64,000 nt of DNA from positions 71,443 through 135,442 of the forward strand of contig NZ_JBMNUS010000013.1 in assembly GCF_050946405.1 (NCBI RefSeq), read 5' to 3'. The position numbers were made by a program, and so were the translations under genes. The DNA comes from Pseudochelatococcus sp. GTDB lineage: Bacteria; Pseudomonadota; Alphaproteobacteria; Rhizobiales; Beijerinckiaceae. This document shows positions 45,724-54,397 of this stretch, piece after piece. The notes below the pieces were generated by a model that was not told where the DNA came from, made no database searches, and saw nothing but the letters and a program-made list of their open reading frames with translations. Within the stretch, counting starts at the first letter, position 1. The number at the start of each line of letters is the position of its first letter.

Positions 45724-47364
45724 ATGAAGCTTCTGGATCTGCTGCGCAAGGAAGCGGGCATCGGCGGGCCGCGCTTCATCGGTTTCGCTGCCCTGTCGGG
45801 CCTGTCCAACGCCGCCATTCTGGCCATCATCAACCTTGCCGCCAGCAATGCGAGCGACAAGGGGGAGAATTTTCACAATCTGATCCTGTTCGGTCTCGCC
45901 ATCGCCGTCTTCGTCGTCACGCAGCGCGCGCTGATGATCGAGGTCTGCGAGAAGGTGGAGTTGCTGATCGACCGCATCCGGGTGCGGCTGATCGAGCGGG
46001 CGCGGCGGGCGGAGTTTCTGGAGCTGGAGGAGATCGGCCGTTCGGAGATCTACGCCTGCCTCACCCGCGAGACGCAGATCCTGTCGCAGGCGGCGCCCAA
46101 TGTCGTGATCGGGTTGCAGTCGGCTATCCTCGTGGTGTTCACGCTGCTTTACATGGCCTTTCTGTCGCAGACGGCCTTCTGGCTGTCGGTCGGCTTCACC
46201 GTCGTCGGCGCGATGATCCATCTGTCGCGCTCGGCGGAGGTCAAGCGCGAGCTGCGCGCCGCCTTCGAATGCGAGAACGCGCTGATCGAAAGCCTCGGCG
46301 ACATGCTCGACGGCTTCAAGGAAGTGAAGATGAGCACCGGCCGCTCCGCCGACATCGCGCACAGGATCGCGGAGATTTCGGCGCGGGTCGGCCGGATGCG
46401 AATCAGGACGCAGACGCTCTACGCGACGGATTTCGTGATGTCGCAGGTCACGTTCTTCATCATGACCGGCATCATGGTGTTCGTCGTGCCGACCATCAGC
46501 GACGCCTATATCGAGGTGGTGGTGATGACGACCACCGCGAGCCTGTTCCTGATCGGCCCGGTGTCGAACGTGGTCGGCAGCCTGCCCATCTTCTCCAACG
46601 CCAACGCCGCGGCGGAGAACGTGATGGCGCTGGAGGAGCGGCTCGGGCGCGTCAACGGCGAGGTGCGGGACGCCGGCGGCGGCTTCCCCGACTTCCGGCG
46701 GATCGCGCTCCAGGGAGCGAGTTTTTCGCACCGGCCTTCCGGCGGCGACAAGGGGTTCGCGGTCGGTCCGGTCGATTTCACGGTGGAGCGGGGAAAGACG
46801 ATCTTCCTCACCGGCGGCAACGGCTCCGGCAAGACCACGTTCATCCGCCTGCTGGTGGGGCTCTATCCGCCGGGCGGCGGCGTCATCCGCGTGGACGGCG
46901 CGCCCGTCGGCCCGGCCAATGCCGCCGATTACCGCAACCTGTTCTCCGTGATCTTCTCGGACAACCATCTGTTCACGGAGCTTTACGGCATCCCCTCCAT
47001 TGATGCCGATCAGGCGGCGGAATTGTTCGCGCTGCTCGAAATGCAGCACAAATCGCAGATCGCCGGCCGTCGCTTCACCACGGTGCGGCTTTCCGGCGGA
47101 CAGCGCAAGCGGCTCGCCCTCATCGCCGCCCTGCTGGAGAAACGGCCCGTCTGCGTGTTCGACGAATGGGCGGCGGATCAGGACCCGTATTTCCGCGAGA
47201 AATTCTACAGGATTATACTTCCGCGCCTGAAGGAAAAAGGCGTCACCGTCATCGCGATTACTCACGATGACGCCTATTTTGACATGGCCGATGTCCACAT
47301 CCACATGGACAATGGGCATCTGACCGTCGTGAAGGACGAATCCGTTCTTGAGGGAACCACCTGA
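45724..47364 (+). CDS. ABC transporter, fused permease-ATPase, cyclic-peptide exporter family (SyrD/ PvdE/YojI-like)
   Basis: N-terminal 6-TM domain then Walker A GGNGSGKTT, signature LSGGQRKR, Walker B VCVFDEWAADQD; SD GGGAGGGA upstream. Confidence 0.85.
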   Translation: MKLLDLLRKEAGIGGPRFIGFAALSGLSNAAILAIINLAASNASDKGENFHNLILFGLAIAVFVVTQRALMIEVCEKVELLIDRIRVRLIERARRAEFLELEEIGRSEIYACLTRETQILSQAAPNVVIGLQSAILVVFTLLYMAFLSQTAFWLSVGFTVVGAMIHLSRSAEVKRELRAAFECENALIESLGDMLDGFKEVKMSTGRSADIAHRIAEISARVGRMRIRTQTLYATDFVMSQVTFFIMTGIMVFVVPTISDAYIEVVVMTTTASLFLIGPVSNVVGSLPIFSNANAAAENVMALEERLGRVNGEVRDAGGGFPDFRRIALQGASFSHRPSGGDKGFAVGPVDFTVERGKTIFLTGGNGSGKTTFIRLLVGLYPPGGGVIRVDGAPVGPANAADYRNLFSVIFSDNHLFTELYGIPSIDADQAAELFALLEMQHKSQIAGRRFTTVRLSGGQRKRLALIAALLEKRPVCVFDEWAADQDPYFREKFYRIILPRLKEKGVTVIAITHDDAYFDMADVHIHMDNGHLTVVKDESVLEGTT

Positions 47365-47410
47365 ACAGGCGGTTGCGTTTTGACGAGAGGCATGCAGGGG
47401 AATGACGATC

Positions 47411-50400
47411 ATGCTCGGGACATCGCAATGGCGTGAGGGCGGCGGAAGGTGGCTGCGCCGGTTCGCGCTCGGATCGGCCGCCGCGGCGGCGGTGACGGGA
47501 ACGGCGCTGGCCGCCGATGTTTCGCAGGTGGGGCCGGTCTTGCAGGGGTTTCTCGATGCGACGGCCTCGCAAGGCACGCTTCAGGGGGTCGCGATCGGCG
47601 TCGACCTGCCGGGTGGCGAAGGGAGCTGGTTCGGCGGGGGCGGCTATCGCGACATCGCCCGCACCGAGCCGCTCGGCGCCGACCTGCAATTCCGCATCGG
47701 CAGCGCGTCGAAGACCTTCACCGGCACGGCGGTGTTGCAGCAGGTGGATCAGGGGCTGATCGGGCTCGGCGATTCGATCGACAAATGGGTGCCCGATCTC
47801 AACGTGCCCGGCGGCGACCGGATCACCGTCGAGAACCTGCTCAGCATGACGAGCGGCATTCCCGACTATCTGGGCGCGGAGTCGATCCATAGCCCCGGTA
47901 ATACGATATTGCAGGAATGGGCCAACTTCCACGGCCCGGCCGGTTCCCACGGCAACGCCGACTACACGCCCGAGCAGCTCGTGGGCGCGGTGGTCGACAG
48001 TCTCGGGGCCAGCTTCGGGCCGGTCGGCGAGATGTTCTATTCCAACACCAATTTCGCCCTGCTCGGCATCATCGCGCAACGCGCGTCGTGCCTCGGAGCC
48101 TCCGGTTGCCGGACGATCGACGAAATGGTCAACGGCATCGCCGCTTCCATGGGGCTTGCCGACACGGTCTTTCCCGCTTCGTCCGCCTTCACGGCGCCTT
48201 ATGCGGAAACGGCGCAGGTCGTCATCGGCGACGCTTCCTATTACGGCGTTCCGCCCGGCAGCAGCTTCGACATGACCTTCCTCGATCCGCGCGTGCCGTG
48301 GGCGGCGGGCGCGGTGTTGTCGACGCCGGCGGATGAACTGAAATGGGTGCGCCAGCTCGCGACCAACAGCGACGGGCTGCTGTCGGCGCAGACGCAGGCC
48401 GAGCGTGTCGGCGTGGCGGAGCCCGGCGAGGTGAGCGGCGTGCCGGTGTTCTACGGCCTCGCCCTCTATGCCATGCCCGGCGTGGGGAGCGGCACCTATC
48501 TGACCGGCCACAGCGGGCTGATCGGCGGCGACACGGCGTCGCTGTTCTACAATCCGGCGCTGGACGTGGCCTATGCCGTCAATTTTCTCGGCTATCAGGC
48601 CAATGCATTGCCATGGTTTCCGCTCTACGGCGCCTCCGACGCCCTGGGCCGTTACGTTTATGCGGGAAGGGAAGGGGGCAATTACAGCTCCGTCATGATC
48701 CTGTGGGCGCTCGACCGCAACGTCACGCTGGCGCTCACCGCGCAGGGCTCGTGCAGCTACGGGGCCGGCCCGCAGGGCGCGGGCGGCGACAGGACCTGTG
48801 CGGGCGACAGCGTGCGCACGACGCCGATCGCCGTCACTGATGGCACGCTGACCATCGCCCCGTCCCACCTGACCATGGGCAATTACTACATCGATCCCGT
48901 CACCGGCGCCGTTTCGCTGGCGCAGGTGGCGCGGCCGAGCCTTGCGATGTTCGGCAGCCATTCCGCCGCGGTGGCGTTGCAGGGCGGGGCCTCGCTCGTG
49001 CTGCCGCAAGGGGCGACGGCCGAGCTGTGGGGCACGAACTCCGCCACCGTCAGCATGACCGGCGCGGACAATGCCGCGCACATCGGCGGCACGCTTCTCA
49101 CCTACGGCGTGGATTCGGTGGCGGTGCGGATTATGGGCGACCGCAACCGGGTGAACGTGCTGCCGACCGGCGCTGTGGTCGGCGCCAGCGCGCCCGCCAT
49201 CGCCATGAGCGGCCGCGACAACGCCGCCGTCATCGGCGGCAGCGTGACGACCTACGGCCACGGCATCGAGCGGATCGCCATCGCGGGCGAAGGCGGCGGC
49301 AATCGCGTGGAGGTGGAGCCCACCGGCTATGTCGGCGGCGACATCGCGCTCGCCGGCGACGGCAACCGGGTGAGGGTCGACGGCATCGTCTCGGGCCATG
49401 TGCCGATGGCGGGAGGCGACGCGGTGCTGAGCGGCGAGGGCGTGATCACCGGCGTCGTGGGCGGCGGCGGCACGGTGGCGCCGGGCAATGGCATCGGCAC
49501 GCTTACCGTCGGCGGCTATGCCGGGCGCGATACCCGGCTGATGATCGAGACCGGGCCGGGCGGCGCGAGCGACCTGCTCGCGGTGGCTGGCCCCGCTTCC
49601 CTGACCGGCGGCAGCCTGCATGTCACGCCGCCGCCGGCGGCGGCGAGCGGCATCTACAATGTCCTCTCCGCCGGCGCGGTGGAAGGGGCGTTCGCCGCCG
49701 CCACCACCGGCGGCCGCGTGGGCCTTGGCGTGCAATACACGCCGACGGCGGTCAATGTCGCGGCGGTCAACCCCTTCCTGTTCGATGCGGCGGTGCGCAC
49801 CGGCGCGGCCGATACCCTGCGCAATCTCGACCTGTTCGAGGAGCGGGCGGCGGCGTTCGCCGCTTCAGCTACTTCCGCCGCGCCGGCCGGTGCGGCACGT
49901 GGGCCTGCCGCCGGCGCGCAGGCCGAAAACCTGAAGGAATGGTTCTCGCGGCGCGGCGCGTCGGCGGCGGGTTCCCGCGCGGCGGGGGCGGCGGTCTGGG
50001 CTTCGGCCTACGGCGCCTTCGACCGCCATGCCGCGGATGGGCCGGTGCCGACCATCGCGTCGGAGGGCGGCGGCGTCGCGGTGGGCGCCGATGCCGAACC
50101 CCTGCCCGGCCTGCTTGTGGGCGCGATGGGCGCCTACAGCCGCACCCAGGCGACGACGCCGGCGAATCCGGGAATGAAGTTCTCCTCCGACGCCTACAAG
50201 GCCGGCGTCTACGGCGCTTACGAGGCCGGGCGCGTGCTGTTCAGCGCCTCGCTGCTCGCCGGCCGGGGCGACGACACCACCACGCGCGCGGTGGAATCGG
50301 GAGCGCTCGCCGGTGTGGCGCAGGGCAGCTTCGACGATTTCCGCCTCGCCGCCCGCGTGGGGGCGCGCGCGACCTTCGATGTGGGCGCGGGCGTGCGCCT

Positions 50401-50836
50401 GACGCCGCGCGCCGCCGTCACGCTGCTGCGGATCGAGCAGGACGCCCATCGCGAGATCGGCGGCATTCCGGGCTACGGCTTCGGCATCGGCATCGGGGCA
50501 AGCACGTATGAACAGGTGCGGTCCGAGGCATCCCTTGCGGTTGCGAAGACTTTCGACGTTTCCCTGGGCGGCTGGAGCGGCCGGCTCACGGGCGAGCTTC
50601 GCGCCGGCCTCGCGCGCGACATCGTGCTGAAGAGCGCGAACGGATGGGTCGACGTGCCCGGTTTCAGCCCCGTCGTCACCGGCGGCTTCAAGCGGAACGC
50701 CTGGGTGATGCCGGTCGGCGGCCGGCTGGAGCTGGCGGCGAGCGACTCGCTCTCCGTCTTCGCCGCCTACGATGGCGCGTTCTCCAGCCTCGGTGGCGTC
50801 AATACGGTGCGCGGCGGCTTACACTGGCGTTTCTGA
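47411..50836 (+). CDS. autotransporter with beta-lactamase-fold (S12 peptidase / class C PBP-like, PF00144-type) passenger
   Basis: Signal peptide; SxxK (GSASKTF) and YxN (YSNTNF) catalytic motifs of class C beta-lactamase/DD-peptidase/D-aminopeptidase fold; central passenger repeats incl. GNGIGTLTVGGY (PATR-like); C-terminal ~280 aa beta-barrel ending ...LHWRF (aromatic terminus). ATG 47411 preferred over 47402 for SD spacing. Confidence 0.8.
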   Translation: MLGTSQWREGGGRWLRRFALGSAAAAAVTGTALAADVSQVGPVLQGFLDATASQGTLQGVAIGVDLPGGEGSWFGGGGYRDIARTEPLGADLQFRIGSASKTFTGTAVLQQVDQGLIGLGDSIDKWVPDLNVPGGDRITVENLLSMTSGIPDYLGAESIHSPGNTILQEWANFHGPAGSHGNADYTPEQLVGAVVDSLGASFGPVGEMFYSNTNFALLGIIAQRASCLGASGCRTIDEMVNGIAASMGLADTVFPASSAFTAPYAETAQVVIGDASYYGVPPGSSFDMTFLDPRVPWAAGAVLSTPADELKWVRQLATNSDGLLSAQTQAERVGVAEPGEVSGVPVFYGLALYAMPGVGSGTYLTGHSGLIGGDTASLFYNPALDVAYAVNFLGYQANALPWFPLYGASDALGRYVYAGREGGNYSSVMILWALDRNVTLALTAQGSCSYGAGPQGAGGDRTCAGDSVRTTPIAVTDGTLTIAPSHLTMGNYYIDPVTGAVSLAQVARPSLAMFGSHSAAVALQGGASLVLPQGATAELWGTNSATVSMTGADNAAHIGGTLLTYGVDSVAVRIMGDRNRVNVLPTGAVVGASAPAIAMSGRDNAAVIGGSVTTYGHGIERIAIAGEGGGNRVEVEPTGYVGGDIALAGDGNRVRVDGIVSGHVPMAGGDAVLSGEGVITGVVGGGGTVAPGNGIGTLTVGGYAGRDTRLMIETGPGGASDLLAVAGPASLTGGSLHVTPPPAAASGIYNVLSAGAVEGAFAAATTGGRVGLGVQYTPTAVNVAAVNPFLFDAAVRTGAADTLRNLDLFEERAAAFAASATSAAPAGAARGPAAGAQAENLKEWFSRRGASAAGSRAAGAAVWASAYGAFDRHAADGPVPTIASEGGGVAVGADAEPLPGLLVGAMGAYSRTQATTPANPGMKFSSDAYKAGVYGAYEAGRVLFSASLLAGRGDDTTTRAVESGALAGVAQGSFDDFRLAARVGARATFDVGAGVRLTPRAAVTLLRIEQDAHREIGGIPGYGFGIGIGASTYEQVRSEASLAVAKTFDVSLGGWSGRLTGELRAGLARDIVLKSANGWVDVPGFSPVVTGGFKRNAWVMPVGGRLELAASDSLSVFAAYDGAFSSLGGVNTVRGGLHWRF

Positions 50837-51541
50837 CCGGGTGTTTCCGAGCCGCATATGCGCGAGGACTTGCGCGTGAAACTCGTCCGCGTTCTCGCGC
50901 AGGAAGAAGTGCCCGCCCGCGATCGTCACCAGCTCGAAACCATCGCCCGCGACCGCCGCCCAGCCGGCGATCTCGCGCGGCGAGACGAGCGGATCGTCCG
51001 CGCCGGCGAAGGCGACGACCGGACAGGTCAGGCGCTCGACCGGAAAGGGCAGGGACGTTTCCGCCAGGGCGAAATCCGCCCTGAGCGTGCGCTCGAACAA
51101 TTCTCGGAACTCCGCGTTGCGCACGATTTCCTCCGGCGTGCCGTTGTAGGAGGACAGCCGGCGCCAGAATTCTTCGGAAGGCAGGTCATGCAGCGGCGGC
51201 ATGCGGGGCGGGGCGCCGGGAGGGCGATGCGCGGCGACCATGACGCAGGCGGGCGCGGGAAGACCGAGACGATCCGCCGCCCGCGCGAGACAATAGGCGA
51301 CGCGCGCGCCAAGCGAGTAGCCGAGCAGGACGTAGGGACGATCGAGCAGCGGCGTGAGCGCCTCGATGAGGCGCGCCAGCAGGAGGGGCATCGAGGCAAT
51401 GGGGGTCTCCGAAAAGCGGCTTTCGCGGCCGGGGAACTGCGCGGGCAGGACTTCGAGCCGCTCATGAGCGCGCGCATGCGCCCGCAATCCGGCGAAGGCG
51501 GATACGCCGCCACCCGCGAAGGGCAGACAGATCAGCCGCAT
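50819..51541 (-). CDS. type II thioesterase (editing TE)
   Basis: MRLICLPFAGGG... GYSLGA (GxSxG) ... alpha/beta hydrolase; start 51541 chosen (typical TEII N-terminus) inside ORF 50819..51703; 18-bp convergent overlap with autotransporter stop. Confidence 0.75.
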   Translation of the reverse strand: MRLICLPFAGGGVSAFAGLRAHARAHERLEVLPAQFPGRESRFSETPIASMPLLLARLIEALTPLLDRPYVLLGYSLGARVAYCLARAADRLGLPAPACVMVAAHRPPGAPPRMPPLHDLPSEEFWRRLSSYNGTPEEIVRNAEFRELFERTLRADFALAETSLPFPVERLTCPVVAFAGADDPLVSPREIAGWAAVAGDGFELVTIAGGHFFLRENADEFHAQVLAHMRLGNTRSETPV

Positions 51542-51882
51542 GGCAGGGCGACCCGTACCCCCGGCGGCGGGAAACCAACGGCGCATGGCCGCAGCAGAGA
51601 CGGACGGTTCCGCTCCTTCTTCGCCAGCAGCGGTAATGTCTCTCTCCATTGCCATCATGTCTTCGGGGTATCGGATCGTGCGCATTATTATAGCAGGCGA
51701 CAAAGGTATAGCTCTCGACTCCGATGGTCAACTATGATAGGTGTAGGATATTACTTTCATGAAATAGAAAGTGTTCTGGACAGTGTGCGCCGGTTGCGTC
51801 GGGGCGGGGCCTGAAAGCGGTGGGCGGTGGACTGTCACGGTTGCGAATTCCATCTCGTTTCATACTCCCGGAGGAGAGCATC

Positions 51883-52512
51883 ATGGTTGCCGAGGCGCAG
51901 AACAGTGTCGGGGAAGAAGTCGCGGCAGCCGAGCCTGCCAGCCGCCAGAAGGCCGAGCAGATCATTCGCAAATATACGCTGTGGGCGACGGGCGCGGGCC
52001 TCATTCCGGTTCCCGTGCTGGACGCCGTCGGCGTGGCGGGCGTGCAATATGCGCTGGTCAACGATCTGGCGTCGCTCTACGGCGTGCCGTTCTCGAAGGA
52101 GCGCGTGCGCGCGCTCGTCGCCGGCCTGGTCGGCGGCGGCGTTCCGGCGCTGCTGACCACCGGCGGGCTCGCCAGCGCGGCGAAGGCCGTTCCGTTCGTG
52201 GGCTCGCTGCTCGGCGCGGCGGTGTTTCCCGCGCTTTCGGCCGCCGCGACCGTGGCGCTCGGCCGGGTGTTCACGCAGCACTTCGAGGCCGGCGGCACGC
52301 TGCTTGACTTCGACGCCGAGAAGACGCGCGCTTTCTTCGCGGAAGAGTTCGAGAACGCCCGCAAGGAAGTGGGCGAGACGCTGGCAAGCGCGGGTGTCGG
52401 CGTGGCCGGAAAAGCCAAGGCGGCAGATGCCCCGGCTGCTCCCGTTCCTGCCGCCGCTGCTCCTGCTTCGGCGGCGAAGAAGGAAACGGCTGCCGCGCCC
52501 GCCGCCGTGTGA
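51883..52512 (+). CDS. hypothetical membrane-associated protein, DUF697/YcjF-like
   Basis: ATG 51883 after GGAGGAG; segment IRKYTLWATGAGLIPVPVLDAVGVAGVQYALVNDLASLYG resembles DUF697 core; Ala/Pro-rich tail. Confidence 0.5.
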   Translation: MVAEAQNSVGEEVAAAEPASRQKAEQIIRKYTLWATGAGLIPVPVLDAVGVAGVQYALVNDLASLYGVPFSKERVRALVAGLVGGGVPALLTTGGLASAAKAVPFVGSLLGAAVFPALSAAATVALGRVFTQHFEAGGTLLDFDAEKTRAFFAEEFENARKEVGETLASAGVGVAGKAKAADAPAAPVPAAAAPASAAKKETAAAPAAV

Positions 52513-52625
52513 GGCTGCGAGCGCGTCGGCATCGTGCCGGCGCGCCTTGCCGGAATGGGCGCCTTCCGATCGTAACGGGTGGGAGACACGCTGACGCCGG
52601 GGCGGGTTGACGAGAAAGAACGCGA

Positions 52626-52817
52626 ATGGCTGTCGTCATTTACTTTATGCTGTGCGTGCTTGTCGGGATACTCGGCCTCGGTTATTGGGGCGGCTTTCTT
52701 CTGTACTTCATTCTCGCGCTCGCCATGACGCCGCTTGTCGCCTTGCTGGTGCTCATCATCGTGGGATCGAGCGAGGGGCGGCGCGGCTTCGCGCGGTTCA
52801 GGAAGCCGGAGCCCTGA
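52626..52817 (+). CDS. small hydrophobic protein (63 aa, two TM helices)
   Basis: Two clear hydrophobic helices, basic C-terminus; codon usage consistent with genome; directly upstream of SPFH gene (NfeD-like position). Confidence 0.4.
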   Translation: MAVVIYFMLCVLVGILGLGYWGGFLLYFILALAMTPLVALLVLIIVGSSEGRRGFARFRKPEP

Positions 52818-52914
52818 CGATATCCCTGCCCGCATGGCCGGGCGCGGCCGGGTTGCGCCGCGCATTCGATGAACGTTCATGGCCGGCCTTGCCGCCGGTG
52901 CGTCACGGAAGACG

Positions 52915-54318
52915 ATGACACAACAAGATCTTTTCACCCCGGATGCCGGTGTCGCGCCTGCGCGGCACTGGCGCCGGTTTCGTCTGCCGCGCCGCCGCGA
53001 TCTTATGCTGTGCGTGCTTGTCGTGCTGCTTTGCGTGACGTTTCTCGCGCCCTACATGGTCGTCAATATTCCGGCCGGGTCCGCCGGCGTGATATGGCGT
53101 CGCTTCGGCGGAGGCACCGATACGGAGATGGTGCTGCACGAGGGCATCGCGCTGATCTGGCCGTGGAACCGCGTGCAGCTCTATGACCTGCGTCTCCAGA
53201 GCGAAAGCATCGATATCGTCGCGATTTCCCAGGACGGGCTGAACATCACCATCGGCCTGACCTTCCGCTGGTTCGTCAACCCCAAGTTCGTCGGCTGGTT
53301 GCACAAGATCGCGGGCCCCCAATACATGCAAAGAATTCTCCTGCCGGAACTGAACTCATCGACAAGACAGGAGTTTTCGAAGTTCAGGATGGTGGATTAT
53401 TATGGCCCGAACCGGGAAGAAATGCTTTCCCGCGTTTACAGCACCGTCGTCGATCGCGGATTTCCCAACTTCATTTTCGCGCCGAAGGATCTCGATACGG
53501 TCAATGCCGGTCTCAAGGTCAACGACGGCCTGATCATGCTGACCGATGTCCTGATTCGCGAAGTGGTGATGCCGCCCCGCGTCGTTGCCGCGGTGCAGGC
53601 GAAAATCGAGCAGCAGCAACTCGTTCAGGAAATGCAGCACCGGGTGGAGCGCGAGCGCTTCGAGAACCAGCGCAAGGAAATCGAGGCGGAAGGGATTCGC
53701 AAGTTTCAGCAGATCGTGCAGACGGGGATTTCCGAAGCCTATCTCAAGTGGCGCGGCATCGAGGCGACGGTCCTGCTGGCGAACTCGCCCAATGCCAAGA
53801 CGATCGTTCTCGGCGGCAACGGCGGCCTGCCTCTCATTCTGAACACCGGCGACGCGGGGACGCCGGCGGCGGTTGCGGCCGCGCCGTCCGCGCCTCCCGC
53901 CCCCGAGGGCAAGAACGGCGCGGCCAGATATCTCGGTTCCGTCGACATCTCGCGGCCGGACATGCGCAATCGGGAATCGAAGGGATTGGGCCTCGGCGCG
54001 ACGCTGCATCCGGCGCAGGGCGCGTGGTCCCGCGATGTCGCCGCCATCGGGCCTACCGCGACCTCCGGCATCGCCGGTTCCGCGAACGCGGCCGGCCCTG
54101 ACGCGAGCCGGGTTCCCGGCGTTTCTCCCGCCGGCCCCGGCAATGTGGAGGCCGGCGCGCTGTCGATGCCCGCGCCGCGTCCGCCGGGCGTGCTGCCGAT
54201 CATGTCGCCGTTCATCGGCGTCGGCGGCACGGTTTCGTTCTGGCAGAAGCTTTCCAGCCTCTTCGGTATCGCGGACCCGCCCGGCGGGCAGGCCGAGACC
54301 GGGCCGCCCACGCCCTGA
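52915..54318 (+). CDS. SPFH/band-7 (stomatin/prohibitin/flotillin-like) membrane protein with long Pro/Ala/Gly-rich C-terminal tail
   Basis: N-terminal TM helix then band-7 core (VIWRRFGGGTDTEMVLHEGIALIWPWNRVQLYDLRLQ...), coiled-coil EQQQLVQEMQHRVERERFENQRKEIEAEGIRKF; disordered tail ~170 aa. Confidence 0.75.
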   Translation: MTQQDLFTPDAGVAPARHWRRFRLPRRRDLMLCVLVVLLCVTFLAPYMVVNIPAGSAGVIWRRFGGGTDTEMVLHEGIALIWPWNRVQLYDLRLQSESIDIVAISQDGLNITIGLTFRWFVNPKFVGWLHKIAGPQYMQRILLPELNSSTRQEFSKFRMVDYYGPNREEMLSRVYSTVVDRGFPNFIFAPKDLDTVNAGLKVNDGLIMLTDVLIREVVMPPRVVAAVQAKIEQQQLVQEMQHRVERERFENQRKEIEAEGIRKFQQIVQTGISEAYLKWRGIEATVLLANSPNAKTIVLGGNGGLPLILNTGDAGTPAAVAAAPSAPPAPEGKNGAARYLGSVDISRPDMRNRESKGLGLGATLHPAQGAWSRDVAAIGPTATSGIAGSANAAGPDASRVPGVSPAGPGNVEAGALSMPAPRPPGVLPIMSPFIGVGGTVSFWQKLSSLFGIADPPGGQAETGPPTP

Positions 54319-54397
54319 TCCGGCCGGGCACATGTCCGCGGCGGGCCGGCAGCGGGCAGGACGTCACCAGCAACTTCCAAACCGTAATGGCGAAACC

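Noticed and set aside
45613-49735. Minus-strand ORFs 45613..47577 (654 aa) and 47258..49735 (825 aa)
   Set aside because: They are antisense to the ABC exporter (clear Walker A/B and signature motifs) and the autotransporter passenger. Their translations are His/Arg/Asp-rich artefacts.
53873-54397. Upstream extension of the NRPS3 ORF back to 53873 (MRPRRPRLPPP...)
   Set aside because: It overlaps the SPFH gene's 3' half in another frame. It is Pro/Arg-rich with no NRPS content. The C domain proper begins at ...SRDNIKDIYPLTPFQEG, so the start is placed at GTG 54398 (or ATG 54332) after the SPFH stop at 54318.
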